Assembly: GCF_027921745.1 (NCBI RefSeq)
Contig: NC_079240.1
Location: 1,240,001-1,304,000, forward strand
DNA length: 64,000 nt
Direction: 5' to 3'
Source: Schizosaccharomyces osmophilus
Lineage: Eukaryota
Notes under the pieces: generated by a model
The model's database searches: none
Told to the model about the DNA's origin: nothing
The model's input: the letters and a program-made list of their open reading frames with translations, nothing else
Translations under genes and position numbers: made by a program
Part shown: positions 35,506-47,508 of the stretch, in pieces
How positions within the stretch are numbered: position 1 is the first letter of the stretch
Layout of the letters: each line of letters begins with the position of its first letter

Positions 35506-37359
35506 TTAGTTTAAATCTTTTTCTGCATGATTTTTTTGTCTTGTTAAGCTTTCTTGCACTAACGCTTCTATCCACTCATTGCCTGCTTCCTGTCGCAAAG
35601 CTTCAATTTTTTTTCTAAATGATTCTCCAGCATCATGACTAGCATCTGAGGTCCCAAGTTTCGTCACAGAAGATCCAGATTGAGTGGATAAAATATCGCT
35701 TCCAGCTCGTGCACGGGAAACGTTGGCAGAAGGTAACGATAAATCGACTAACCTTGTCTTGCTTGTTCTCCTTAAAGTAGACTTAGTAGGATGAATGACG
35801 GCACCCGTATCGCTTCCCGCTGACCGACTGCCTAGGTTCGTACTTGGGGTTGCCTTTTCAGCTAAATACATTCTCTCAAGCATGCTAGGTCCTCGTCCAT
35901 CAAGTAAAATATCTTTGGATTCTGGAAACTCTCGAAAATAATTGAATATCATTATACGATGTGAAGAATTAGTCTTTGTAAACGGATTCGAAGATATGTA
36001 TGCTTCCTCAAAATTTGTATTTCCAATGAGACGACGGAATTCAACCGGGTCGACAATCAAATTATCACGAACATCGAGCCTTTGCAAAGTAGGAGCAGCT
36101 TCCAAACCGGACAGATCCTTCAACTGGTTGCACGCAAGGACAAGGGTTTGTAAATTAGGTATTTTAATGTGATATAAAGTTCGACAATTAACGAGTTTGT
36201 TATTAGCCAAGTTTAGGGAGCGTAACTGTGGCAGTTCAGCCAAAGCAGATGGAAGTTCGACAAGCTGATTGCCACTTAAGTCCAAAGATAAAAGGGACGC
36301 GAGAGGTAAGAACGTTTTTGAGGACACATATTTGAGGTTACAGTTAGAGCAACGAAAATATAAGAGTTGGCTCCAGGCATGAGATGACATTACACTTTCG
36401 GCATCGGATAACGGCTCATTACTTTTGACACTTAGGTTAGAAGAATCATTACCACCATCTTTTGACAAAACTAATACGGACTGAGATAGAGTGCGGTGAA
36501 AATTGTTGGAATGCTGTGGGCTTGACTGATCTTTTGATCCAAGAGAGACCGAGCGCCGGAGATTCAGCGATTTTGCTGGAGAACGAATCTGACTGATGGT
36601 AGATGATTGACTCATATTCTGTCTAGATGATCGAAACCGGTACAAATCAGTATCATCAAGAACCAATTTTATAAGCACCTCGGATAAATCCACCAGATCA
36701 CAACGATGCAGAACCAAACTTTTCAAGCCTAAGGAGAGAGAATTCCATCCATAAATAGATCGCACGTCGTAGCCGCGGACCTCCAGGGAAGATAAATTCT
36801 TAAATACCGTAACGGGCACCGCGGTATCTAGAGGAAATTCTTCAAACTGAGAGATGAGAACTGCTTTCGGATTATAAACAAGGCTTAAAAATGGGAGTTT
36901 GGTAAAGGAGGAATAAATATATCGTATCAAAGAAAGAAGCTTCAGTCTGTTTCTATGCTCGGTCGACTCGGTTGAGGCAGTGGAGAACCGGCTCCACAAA
37001 GAAGACACTTGAGAGAGTATACTGCCAATAGTCGCGACGCTCTTCATGCTCATATTGTCATCATAGTCGACTTTTCTAGATGCACGATTTTTGAGAAACG
37101 AAGTGTAGTCGCTAGGAAATGCTTCAGAGTGTAGATTTTCAATTCGGATATTCAGAGGGCCCGCATTTACATCGATGTCCTCAAATTGAGTCAACAAAAA
37201 GTACAAATGGTGAAGAGTCAGATGCAGTTGGACGGGCTGGCTACTAAAAATCGAAGTACTGATGAATTGACTGGAAGCATTTGCCAAACGTTTCTCATGA
37301 GTATAAATATAAGAAGCTAAATTACGGACGTATTTTTCCCCGTCAATACTGGTTCCCAT
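35506..37359 (-). CDS. conserved fungal leucine-rich-repeat protein (nischarin/STK11IP-like)
   Basis: LxxLxLxxN repeats (LLSLDLSGNQL, LRSLNLANNKL, LQRLDVRDNLI) and a C-terminal FRKKIEALRQEAGNEW. Confidence 0.85.
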   Translation of the reverse strand: MGTSIDGEKYVRNLASYIYTHEKRLANASSQFISTSIFSSQPVQLHLTLHHLYFLLTQFEDIDVNAGPLNIRIENLHSEAFPSDYTSFLKNRASRKVDYDDNMSMKSVATIGSILSQVSSLWSRFSTASTESTEHRNRLKLLSLIRYIYSSFTKLPFLSLVYNPKAVLISQFEEFPLDTAVPVTVFKNLSSLEVRGYDVRSIYGWNSLSLGLKSLVLHRCDLVDLSEVLIKLVLDDTDLYRFRSSRQNMSQSSTISQIRSPAKSLNLRRSVSLGSKDQSSPQHSNNFHRTLSQSVLVLSKDGGNDSSNLSVKSNEPLSDAESVMSSHAWSQLLYFRCSNCNLKYVSSKTFLPLASLLSLDLSGNQLVELPSALAELPQLRSLNLANNKLVNCRTLYHIKIPNLQTLVLACNQLKDLSGLEAAPTLQRLDVRDNLIVDPVEFRRLIGNTNFEEAYISSNPFTKTNSSHRIMIFNYFREFPESKDILLDGRGPSMLERMYLAEKATPSTNLGSRSAGSDTGAVIHPTKSTLRRTSKTRLVDLSLPSANVSRARAGSDILSTQSGSSVTKLGTSDASHDAGESFRKKIEALRQEAGNEWIEALVQESLTRQKNHAEKDLN

Positions 37360-38707
37360 GTTATGTAGAGAAAGGGAATCCTTCGCGTATGAAGAGAGTA
37401 ACGAACGGATTCAAAGCACGAATATCTATGAGCTAGATTTCAGCGGTAATTCAACAATATGAGCAAACATACAAAAAGAAAGCTCAAAAACGAAATTCCC
37501 CCTCAAATGGACGTCGTATTCTGTAAAGACGAAGGGTCGTGGTTTAATGTGGCTTTGTGCTTATAAAAGAAGGAAGTGAAGCAAGCAATCAACCTTTATA
37601 ATTTAAACACTTTTTTCTTTAAATATATAAACAGTAGTTAGAATGAATTTCTGTTTGAAGACAATGGTTTTGGCTTCTATTCCATAAATCTGAAATAAGT
37701 AAGATGGTGATCGCGCAGAATCAATTCACTTTTCGTTAATGCTTGCAAAATGAATATGAATTCTTAAATCATTTAGGTAACCAAGCCAGAGAATGCTATG
37801 ATTGGAAATGCTTGCTTCGGTTTCGAATGGCTGTACAAAGATGAAGAGGTAGGATGCGGATATTTGAAAAAGCGGCTTGCTACTAAGTTTGTGCTTGAGC
37901 AATTACATAAATATCGAATTTTTGAAACATAACATTTTTGAACATTGCATTCTCAAAAAAGAACACGAAATTCTTTTCTAAAAGCAGTTACGACTATAGT
38001 GGATGATAATAATGGTACAGAAAAACTACTGTAATCGAACCGAGCCAAACAATCGATAGGACCACAGAAGAAGTACTTCCGCTTTCAGCATTACATTGGT
38101 GTTACGAGTTGTTTCGCCTGTAATCTTTCCATTCTTGGACAGTAAGAATCTACTTGTCTAAAAATGAATAACAATTCAAGTGAGACTTTCAAAGATGAAT
38201 AAAAAGGCTACAGAGACCTTTGAAGCCTTTCTTTATATATTCATAGAAAATTCATTGATAGATGAGGCACAAAGTACTTGATTAGGATGTTTTGACGGTT
38301 TCCTCACAAAAGTTTCTACTCTTGCAAAATGACATGCGGCCAAACCACCAGAAGACTCATAGCTAATATTCAATTATGTTTAGGAGATTGAAAGCCTCCT
38401 GTTGCTTCACGAGGATTGACAGCCTGACTAGAACAGATAAATGCAAGGATTGCGCCAAGTAAGTATATTGTGCGTGGCGTCGAGTAAGATACCTATTGTA
38501 TAAGCGAAATGTTTCACAGCTATAAGTGATTTGCAATTTGACACGAAAGACTGCATAACTATCATATAGACAAGGTTTTCTCCGGAAATTGATTAAGTGA
38601 AATATTCAGAATAGTTAAATGGTTTTTTGTTTAGAGAATAATTCATATTATCCAAATTAAATAAATACGGACCCACGATGCCGATGAATGATGAACCTTT
38701 TTTTTGT

Positions 38708-39189
38708 TCAACCAGACTTGAATAACAGAAACGCAATTGTTCCCAAGTAGAAATAAACAAATCTATGAGATTCTAATATTTCTTGTTAACATGAGGTTTC
38801 CATGATAAATTATAAAGCAAGGACTATTGCATACCATGTGTCACATAGGAACCAAAATTTCGACCAACGATACAATGCCAAGTGGGAGAGTATTTTTTGT
38901 CAAACTCTCTTTTTACAAATGCAGCAATGTCCTAAATAAATGCATTAGGTCTTTCTGCTTCGGCCAAGTTTTTCTTTCCATATATCAAAGTACCTTTTCA
39001 ACTGTAAATTTCTCCATAGCTTGCACAGCTATTCATTTAATCATTAGCCTCTTCTTTCGCTTACTCTTTATTTACCTGTATGCACTGCATCTTGCTGCAT
39101 TTCTTCTTCCTAATCCTCGTATTAGCACATTGTTTAACAAATCCATCAAATTCTTTCTGTACCATGTCAACAGCCTTAATGACCACCAT
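38708..39189 (-). CDS. dlc2: dynein light chain LC8; 5 exons (39163-39189, 39076-39109, 38994-39028, 38835-38931, 38708-38772)
   Basis: Spliced product is [85 protein letters not shown] (85 aa); all introns GT-AG. Confidence 0.95.
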
Positions 39190-39826
39190 CAGTTTAGCAT
39201 CACTTTTCAGACGTTCTATTGAAGCCGAGCTCACGTCTCCAGAAGCACTTGATTGCATGTTCGTTTTTTTGAACTGAGATATGTTTAGTGTAGCAAGACG
39301 TTCGTCAGTGAATTTACAAGAGAATGACATAAAAACTAAAAATAGATATTTTGAAGGACTGTTATTTTTCACTTATTAATATCAATCAATTTCTCTATTG
39401 TTTCTCTCTTGCTAAGCTGGGCAACAAAAATATCCTTAAAGAAGCCAGATACTTCTCGCTACCAATGTAAATTTTGTTCCAATCGACAAATACAACTAAT
39501 TGCTCGTAGTAACACCGCAAACTTGATTCTACAGTAATGCGACTTGTTCAGGGCGAAGGGTCCACTCGTTATAGGCTTTTAAATATCCAAATATAAATTA
39601 AAAATTTATTAAAACTTCCTATAGAAACCATAGAGACAGACACATATTTATATCTCATTTTTAGACTGCTTCCCAAAATCTAAGAAACTGACCGTTAAAT
39701 TACCCTTATATAAACCAGGAACCAAATTTAAAAAGAAAACCATCATTTTCCAAATGCCTTTCCAAAAACAACATATTTTATCCGCACGGACCTTTCCGAG
39801 GTTGAGGCAAGCATGTGCTTTTCTGT

Positions 39827-40829
39827 CTACTCAACGTCGGAAACAACGTCTTCATCTTCATCTTCGCCTTCCGATTCATCTTCCTCCTCTTCTACTTCGG
39901 CAGCGGAGCGCTTCAAACCCTTCATTTTACGAGTTTGCATATCGCTAAGATCTTGCTGATCCACATGAATACGGCCAACCTTGTTACCAACCACATCAAC
40001 GTCCACGTTCTTTTTGGTCTTGGGTTCTTGAGTCTTGGGTTTCTTCAAGGCCTCTTTAAGAACATCAGCTTGAGCAGGTTGAACACGACGAATGCTAAAA
40101 TCGAGTCGAGGTCCCATTTCCTCCAACTCAAGACGAGGAAGATTCGTCTTTGACTTCAATAATTTCGTTGAATACACCCGGAAATTAACTTTTGGTAAAG
40201 GTTGTGTTTCATCGTCGCTGGCTTCACCCGCAGAAACAACAATCACGTGAGATAAACCTGCAGAGTCCAACTTTTGAATAGGTTCGCCGCGGAAAAAGTC
40301 CAAAAATAATGACTTAACATGACGGAATACAGGATGGGAATCAAAAGAAGGGCCTTGAAAGAGCATCATGGGCTTCGTGCCAGGTACAATAGGTACAGTA
40401 TGAAAAGAAGAAATCGGCTTATAATCAACGACGCCAAGTTCAATCATATCCAATACGTGATAATCAAAGAAGCGAATCCAAGCTAAATTGTGGGGTCTTT
40501 TTTTGTTGTGGGTAGCAAAAACGGCCAAACCAGCGTCGTTTTTCTCAGAAAAAAACTCCAATGAAGAACTATCCTCGAAAGGAAGTAAGGAATTCTTTTT
40601 TTGAAAATTAACCGCAAATGGCTTCTTCAAAGAGTGTAAATCGTGTAAAACATCAACAACGAGCTGCGAAGTCGCGTTTCCTCTTAAGAAAAGGGCAATT
40701 TTCGCTCCCTCTAAGAGTTTTGGCTCGCGTTTATCCATTACACGCTTAGTGCGTGCATTTTTGGGCTTTCTATTCTTGTTAGTATACCAATTTAGTAAAT
40801 TTTCTTTGAACTTACACTTGACGAAGCAT
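39827..40829 (-). CDS. rpf2: Brix-domain ribosome biogenesis factor Rpf2; intron 40770-40815
   Basis: MLRQV|KPKNARTKR..KREPK, HNKKRPHNL, LEEMGPRLDF and QTRKMKGLK. Confidence 0.93.
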
Positions 40830-41289
40830 TGGTGAAGGACAAGTCTTCAAGTTGTACTTGTTTCTCTTTAGGATTGTCAAAAATTGTGTGCCACACTAAC
40901 CATAATACCGATCCCGCGCTATGCTTCATTATAAATCTTTATATCACTAGATTCACGTTTTTTCTATAGAGGCACGTCTTTATAAATGCCACGATAAATA
41001 GTTCCAAAGGGAAACACTATGATCAAAACAGAGCTAAAATGTCACACAATCTCAATTATTCTATTAAAATTATCTTATTCAAGTAAATCATAAACCACTG
41101 TCTTTATGTAGAGACTGTAGATAACCAATTTTACTTCAAGTACCATAAATGAAAAAGTAAATATAAGCGCATTGCTATGATAAACAACACACTCCTTATT
41201 AAATGAAGACTATATATCAAAATAAGCGAGTAAAATAAGTACTTCTTAACCATCTTTACCATGACTAGCAAAAGATTACAAAAAAAGCT

Positions 41290-44200
41290 CTAAGAATTAT
41301 ATTGGTCCCAGTTTTGAAGAATCTTCTTGATGCGCTGAGATCCCGTTAATTCATAGACATTTTGGAAGTATTCCTTGCTAATTTCGAATGGCTTAGCGGT
41401 TAAGTTGGGAATGTATTTTCCGCGTAACTTGGAAACATTGATTTGATGGGGAGAAATCTTCCTGAGCAAGTATTCACGGAACATTCGAACACCTCCACGC
41501 AAGAAAGAAGAGTGGAAAGGTACATCAATCTTCAGAGGAATGGTAGCAAATCCACGTTCTAATTCCAAATGGCCTTGCTCTTCCTTTTGCTTCAAGGTCT
41601 TCTCATGGCAACCTTCAACGATCTCCGATAATTGTTCCTTCAATTGATCCAATGTAAGAGTTTCAATCAATTTTTGGAAGTCAATCTTTTGAACCTTAAG
41701 GAAGTTTAAGACATGGCCCAAGGTACACAAACTCATAAGGTTACCGCTAACGACATATTGCTGGTTTTCAACATTGTAGTTGACAATTTCAAGCAACAGT
41801 TTTGTTTGTTCACCAATATGGTCAACAATAAATCGCAATGCAGCATCGGTAAATGTTGGGGAAACACGAGAAGGATTGGCGGCAACCATACCATATTCAG
41901 AGCGTCCTAAGTCATCACGACGGACTGCATTTTGCATAGTCAAACCACGAAGGAACACCAAGTCAACCAAGGCTTCGATGGACAAAACATCAGCCATAGC
42001 AGACAACGCAGAGTACTCACCAAGAGAGTGACCGGCGAAAGCACAATCTTGTTGCGCTAATCCCTTAGCACGCATGTCCTCAAAAGCAGCCTTCTCCATC
42101 AAGGTTAAAGCAGGTTGAGTAAATTGAGTAGCCGACAACAGACCGGAAGGATGTGTAAATGTAAAGGAGGTAGATTCTTCAGTGATGGTGTTAAATACAG
42201 GGACAACGGATGTAGACCCATCGTCATTTATTTTTTCGTAAGCCATAGCCATGTAATTGTTACGGATTTGTTTACCCTTAGTACCGCCAAAGTGAATTGT
42301 GATGTCCTTGGGATTGTTCTTGACAATATCAATGATAGAAAATCCGTAATGAGACAAGAAATGCTTATCAGCACTGTCCCAAATTTTCTTGGCAACAGCA
42401 CTAGTAGCATACAAGTCCATACCCATTCCTTGTTCTTGAGAGCCCTGGCCAGTAAATACATAGGCAGAAACAGGTTGCTCAACCTCAGCAGTACCGACAA
42501 GGACAGCCTCTTCAGTTTCCTTGTTTAAGACCTCAACCTTAATGATCTTTCGACCATTAATCATACCAGTGTGAGAAAGCTTAGTGACAAGTTCAGAGTT
42601 GGGAAGAACCATATTAACGAAGTTAATCTCATAATGCTTAACTCTCTCGGGAACATTTTCTGCGGCAAAAGTCTCAACAAACTTACGAGTGGCTGCAGAG
42701 CTGTACATACCGTGTGTAATACCATGTGAGCCAGGCAACTCGACAAAGGCAGCGAAGGTAGGAGAAACGTGAATAGGATTGTAATCACCGGAAACATCGG
42801 CATAGGGAGAGTTGGTAGGAGGGGTAATAAAAACAGGTGAATAGCCTTCATCCGTAGTTTGAATGACACTATAACCGCCGCTTTCAAATTCAAGTGGTTG
42901 CTCAATGGGTTTGGCATTACGGTTAAGGAAATCAATAACTGGATTGCCATGACAATCGACGGATTGGAAATCAACAGAAGCGATTTGAATAATAGCCTTA
43001 GAAGGCAATTCTGATAGTACAATACCCTTGGTTTGCACGGAGCTCTTGACAGATTGATTTTTAAAACGAACATAGGAATTTAAACGGAAAGTAAGTACAG
43101 AACCAGACAAATCCTGACTAGGATCCAGTAATTGGAACCAGCTCTTAGATTGCAATACTGCTACATCCTTAGGGGTAGCCAAAGTGAGTTGCATAGGTGT
43201 TTCTTGGGTATGTTCAAAGGTATTTTCAAAATCGGTAAAGTTACCGCGATACAAAAAGCGGCTGATGACCTCGATCACTTCCTTGTTATCACGATAAACA
43301 ACTCCCTTAACAGTAACAGTTTTACCGGAATCATTATTTACAATACCAGTAATGGTAGCAGCAGTAGTGACCTTATCACCCTCTACCAAAGGGCTTCCAA
43401 CCATACGGAAAGAGTTGGACAAATGAACAAGACGTAAAAGATCACCATCAATGGCCTTAGGGAAGATTGCCTTGGTAATAGCTTGCCAACCGACAACAAT
43501 AGCAAAATCCATAGGAGCCATACGCTTACAGTTAGCTCTGTTAGTATAAGCCTCATTGTGGTTTCCGACAGTTCTACAGAAATCTTCAATCATATTAGCA
43601 GTGATCGTGGTTTCAACACCAGTAAACGTGTCAGCAATGGAAGCACTTTCGGGGTATGGCTCATTAGCAAACCATAATTGCCAGTAGAAATGTTTGATAC
43701 GATCATTTCTACCTTCAATTATTTCTGCAACAGGAGCGTAGCCAACAGAAGGGTCATATTTGAACAAGAAATCAAGACTGACATTCTTCTTGAGGGCATT
43801 GCGGTTTTCAAACATAGATACAGTAATGGTGTCATTGCCAAAGCTGAGACGCACAGCAAGCACATGCTCACCACATTGGAGCTCATACATTTCAAGAACT
43901 GCATCATTTCCATGACCCTTGAGAACGACACGTTGGCCGGGACGAGGTGCGAGGATCCTGCGTACAGGGTTCTGTTCAAGTTTCCAACCTTGGGCGACTC
44001 TTTGGGTGGTGAAAATAGCTCTACGCCAAGAAACTTGTTTGCCCGCTAAGAGTTCAAACCAAGCCTTTGCGGAAGGAAGAGATCCAGCTTCAGGTAAATC
44101 ATATATTTCCTCGCCGGGATTCTTTGTGACAGAAACAGAATCCACAGCAGAAGAAGGCAAATTAACAGGTTTTACGCCACCAAAATATTCAACAGTAGGA

Positions 44201-47200
44201 ACCTTATTAACATCACCATTATAGTAAAGATCAATGAAACGCTTGATGTGAGCTTCGTGGATGCCGTCAAGAAGTTCTTTGGTAGGTTCATTAACCTTTG
44301 TAGAATGTCTAACAGCCATAGGTCCTTGAAGAATGGCAACACGACCGACGTCCTCACCAACAACAGCGCCGAGGTCTTCACTTTGCCAAAGGGAATCCTT
44401 CTTGAAGTAGTATTCGAAAGTATCGTCAATGGCAGGAATGAAAGGAACAGGCTTTTGGAGAGGATTGGAACACAAAGAAAAGAAAAATTGAACATCTTGA
44501 GTATTCATAATTTGGTTGTTGGCTTCAGGATATGCTTCAAGGAAACGAGCAACAACGGGATATGGATCATTTAAATCTTCAAAATTTTCAATAAGGGTGT
44601 GTTTGCCGAGTTCCTTAGTGAAACGCTCTTCAATACGACGCATCAAGTTACCAGTGAAGGTACGCAATGAGAGATCAATCCATCTCTTTTCCTTTGTAAC
44701 GTACAGCAGGTCGACAGTCCGATATAAAACTTCAGCATAAGTCATTTCCTCGACACCATCAACAGCTTCAAACTGAAGTTTCTCAGAAGACAGGCGCTTA
44801 ACAATTCGAGCAGGGAAATAAACTTTTTGGAAGTCATCATTCAAACGCTTAATGATATACTGCTTCTTTGCAAGCAAAGCAGGAACACGCTTAGGGCGTG
44901 GGAGAGCAAATATGGTATTATCAAGCTCCTTCCAAAACATGATACCACGGGTAGCCAATTTATGAATTGGCTCACCTAATTCAGACATAACCGTGACAAT
45001 GCCACCAGCAGGGCCATCGTATGTCTTCTCCCATTCGGCGTCAGTAACACCAGGTGCAGCAACAATTGCTTCTTTGGCACCTAAAGAAGTATGAGCTTCC
45101 TTAGCAACCATGAGACGGGAACCAAACATTATACCATCAAATGGCATAGCAGGAAGCTTGAATGCAGTAGTCCATTCACCAGTCAAATATGGTTCTGTGT
45201 CGTCAGCTCCACCAAAACCACTGCCGGCAACAAGAACAATGTTGTCACAGCGACGAACGGAAGAGTAAGTTTGTAAGATAGGAGCGTGGAAATCTTCAAA
45301 AGAGTGGTGTCCACCGGCACGACCACCGGTCCACTGCATGACAATAGGGAAGGTAGGATTAGCTTTTGCAATGTTGATGACTGCATTAATAGCCTCGATA
45401 GATCCAGGCTTCAAGCAGATGTACTCAACACCCAAGGTTTCAATCAATTCATTAGCAACTTCCAAAGAAGGGATACCAGCAGCAATGGTGATACCGCGAA
45501 TGGGATAACCTTCAGCAACCATTTCGCGAACCAAAGGGATTTGCCATGCAAAACTACGAGGATTAATGTAAATTAGGTTGATGCAAATTCCGGCGCCGGG
45601 AGGAATATTCAAGGAAAGTTCATGGATAGCATCACGCATCATTTTAGCGCTAAAGTAGCCACCACCGGCAAGTTCATAGGCATAGCCTGCCTTAGCGACG
45701 GCGGAACAGAAATCCCAGGGAACACTAGTGGGAGTCATACCAGCAACCCACAAGGGAGGCAAGCCTAGCATTTTAGAAAGTCTGGTTTCAACATATACAC
45801 GACCAAGCTTATTCTTGATAAGCTTAGGCTTGTATAGATCTACCCAATTAGGGGCGAACTTAACAGACTTAACCTCGCGATCAAATAATTCAGTCTTGGA
45901 ACCAAGATCCAAGGCATCAAAAGCGTCTGCAACAATAACACGAACACCCTGGCCATCTTTGTTAGTGCGGGTAAAAGCACCGACACCAGAAACACCACCA
46001 GGACCAAAGTCAACAATGTGGGTTGTCTCTGGGAAATTGCAAGCTTGCTCCCAATGAACAACTTTCTCGGTAATCATTACAGAAAGAGCCATAAGCAAGT
46101 TAGATGGTTTCTCAAAACGGAGATCACCGGCATCGTCGGTAGAATATACAGGAAATCTAAGAGGAGAAAACTCCATACCCTTCAAATCTTTTTCAAGCAA
46201 AGAGCGTGTAGGGGCAAGGTATGCATTATGGAAAGGAACAGAGATGCTAAGGAAACGATTAACAAAGCGTAGTTTTCTTTTTGAGTGGGGAATACGAGCT
46301 TGGTTTTGACCATCTGCCTTCTCTTTACGAAGCGTAAGATTTAAGCCATATAAAGAGCGAGCAGGACCGCTGACAACAAAGCTTTTGGGGCCATTGACAA
46401 GGCTGAGGTAAACTCTTCTATCTTCTGGAAGATGAGTATTCGTGATTTCTATATGCTTATTCAAAATTTCTAAAGGAAGATCACGGACAGCTAACATGGG
46501 AGACGGATTGCCCTCTGAGTTGGCGACGGAATCTGCAACTACGGAAGGAGGAAGAGTAGTAGTAGGGAAAACTTGTTGAGAGCGAACGCCAATCCAAAAT
46601 AGGGTGGTCAAAGCTACCTTTGCGTTTTCGATGAAAGTCTGTTGATCGGTAGAAGCTGAAACAGCAGCGGCAACGATGACACCCTGGGAATGACCAGTGG
46701 CAGCGGTAAACCGAGAAGCAAGCTCACCAGGATTAAGACCCAATATTTGAGCAGTAACATAGAACTGGACAAGCTGAGTAAGACCAACCAAAGGAAGGGA
46801 GACAGGAGCAGTAACTAAGTAATCGCGCTCTGGTCGCTCGCCAGCGAGCCAATCAAGTACATTGAGGCCTTTAGAGTACACTTTAGATGCCTGTTCATTT
46901 TGTACAAGAGAGAAAAGGAACTTGGAAAGAGTTTGCACAAGTTCAGAAGCGAATGGAGCATAGACTTCATAAAGCTCAGCTAATTCATCAAAGTAGTCTT
47001 CATATCCTTGGCCTCCAAAAATAGCACTTAACTTCGCAGAAGGGTCATTCAAAAGAGCGGACCCGTGGAATTTCATCCCTCTACCGGTTAAAGCTCTAGA
47101 ACGATAGTAATAGCAAACAACATCTTTTTGAGCTGGAACACTTAATCCCACGTTGTGAACAACAGCATGAACTTCGTTTCCTGCTAAGAAAGTACGTTCA

Positions 47201-47508
47201 AATTCAAGGGTGATGGTATTTAGTAGTTGATTATATTGATCAGGGCTCTTTTCTTCCTTAGAGGCGACTAAACCTAAGAAACGGGCGATTAGATGAAGCT
47301 CATGTTCAAACTCTAATTCAGCTCCTTCTTTTTCGATGGCGTCCGCGGATGGAGCAACATATTTAGCTTGAAACTCATCACGAATTTGAGCCGCCAAAAG
47401 GTACTGTGAAGAAGGAATTAAAATAGATGGACAAAGATGGGCATAAGTCAAAGCCAACGATCTCACCGACTGATGAACGTGAGGAGATGCATAACCAGTC
47501 TCAACCAT
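41290..47508 (-). CDS. fas1: fatty acid synthase beta subunit
   Basis: 2072-aa ORF with acetyltransferase GHSQG, enoyl reductase GGRAGGHHS, dehydratase SGDYNPIH and malonyl/palmitoyl transferase GHSLGEY. Confidence 0.97.
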   Translation of the reverse strand: MVETGYASPHVHQSVRSLALTYAHLCPSILIPSSQYLLAAQIRDEFQAKYVAPSADAIEKEGAELEFEHELHLIARFLGLVASKEEKSPDQYNQLLNTITLEFERTFLAGNEVHAVVHNVGLSVPAQKDVVCYYYRSRALTGRGMKFHGSALLNDPSAKLSAIFGGQGYEDYFDELAELYEVYAPFASELVQTLSKFLFSLVQNEQASKVYSKGLNVLDWLAGERPERDYLVTAPVSLPLVGLTQLVQFYVTAQILGLNPGELASRFTAATGHSQGVIVAAAVSASTDQQTFIENAKVALTTLFWIGVRSQQVFPTTTLPPSVVADSVANSEGNPSPMLAVRDLPLEILNKHIEITNTHLPEDRRVYLSLVNGPKSFVVSGPARSLYGLNLTLRKEKADGQNQARIPHSKRKLRFVNRFLSISVPFHNAYLAPTRSLLEKDLKGMEFSPLRFPVYSTDDAGDLRFEKPSNLLMALSVMITEKVVHWEQACNFPETTHIVDFGPGGVSGVGAFTRTNKDGQGVRVIVADAFDALDLGSKTELFDREVKSVKFAPNWVDLYKPKLIKNKLGRVYVETRLSKMLGLPPLWVAGMTPTSVPWDFCSAVAKAGYAYELAGGGYFSAKMMRDAIHELSLNIPPGAGICINLIYINPRSFAWQIPLVREMVAEGYPIRGITIAAGIPSLEVANELIETLGVEYICLKPGSIEAINAVINIAKANPTFPIVMQWTGGRAGGHHSFEDFHAPILQTYSSVRRCDNIVLVAGSGFGGADDTEPYLTGEWTTAFKLPAMPFDGIMFGSRLMVAKEAHTSLGAKEAIVAAPGVTDAEWEKTYDGPAGGIVTVMSELGEPIHKLATRGIMFWKELDNTIFALPRPKRVPALLAKKQYIIKRLNDDFQKVYFPARIVKRLSSEKLQFEAVDGVEEMTYAEVLYRTVDLLYVTKEKRWIDLSLRTFTGNLMRRIEERFTKELGKHTLIENFEDLNDPYPVVARFLEAYPEANNQIMNTQDVQFFFSLCSNPLQKPVPFIPAIDDTFEYYFKKDSLWQSEDLGAVVGEDVGRVAILQGPMAVRHSTKVNEPTKELLDGIHEAHIKRFIDLYYNGDVNKVPTVEYFGGVKPVNLPSSAVDSVSVTKNPGEEIYDLPEAGSLPSAKAWFELLAGKQVSWRRAIFTTQRVAQGWKLEQNPVRRILAPRPGQRVVLKGHGNDAVLEMYELQCGEHVLAVRLSFGNDTITVSMFENRNALKKNVSLDFLFKYDPSVGYAPVAEIIEGRNDRIKHFYWQLWFANEPYPESASIADTFTGVETTITANMIEDFCRTVGNHNEAYTNRANCKRMAPMDFAIVVGWQAITKAIFPKAIDGDLLRLVHLSNSFRMVGSPLVEGDKVTTAATITGIVNNDSGKTVTVKGVVYRDNKEVIEVISRFLYRGNFTDFENTFEHTQETPMQLTLATPKDVAVLQSKSWFQLLDPSQDLSGSVLTFRLNSYVRFKNQSVKSSVQTKGIVLSELPSKAIIQIASVDFQSVDCHGNPVIDFLNRNAKPIEQPLEFESGGYSVIQTTDEGYSPVFITPPTNSPYADVSGDYNPIHVSPTFAAFVELPGSHGITHGMYSSAATRKFVETFAAENVPERVKHYEINFVNMVLPNSELVTKLSHTGMINGRKIIKVEVLNKETEEAVLVGTAEVEQPVSAYVFTGQGSQEQGMGMDLYATSAVAKKIWDSADKHFLSHYGFSIIDIVKNNPKDITIHFGGTKGKQIRNNYMAMAYEKINDDGSTSVVPVFNTITEESTSFTFTHPSGLLSATQFTQPALTLMEKAAFEDMRAKGLAQQDCAFAGHSLGEYSALSAMADVLSIEALVDLVFLRGLTMQNAVRRDDLGRSEYGMVAANPSRVSPTFTDAALRFIVDHIGEQTKLLLEIVNYNVENQQYVVSGNLMSLCTLGHVLNFLKVQKIDFQKLIETLTLDQLKEQLSEIVEGCHEKTLKQKEEQGHLELERGFATIPLKIDVPFHSSFLRGGVRMFREYLLRKISPHQINVSKLRGKYIPNLTAKPFEISKEYFQNVYELTGSQRIKKILQNWDQYNS

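Noticed and set aside
37360..38700. 1.3-kb intergenic gap searched for tRNA, snoRNA, LTR or 5S
   Set aside because: No A/B boxes, cloverleaf, TG..CA LTR ends or 5S similarity recognised by eye.
41713..46272. Multiple small ORFs overlapping fas1
   Set aside because: Shadow frames of a long biased CDS.
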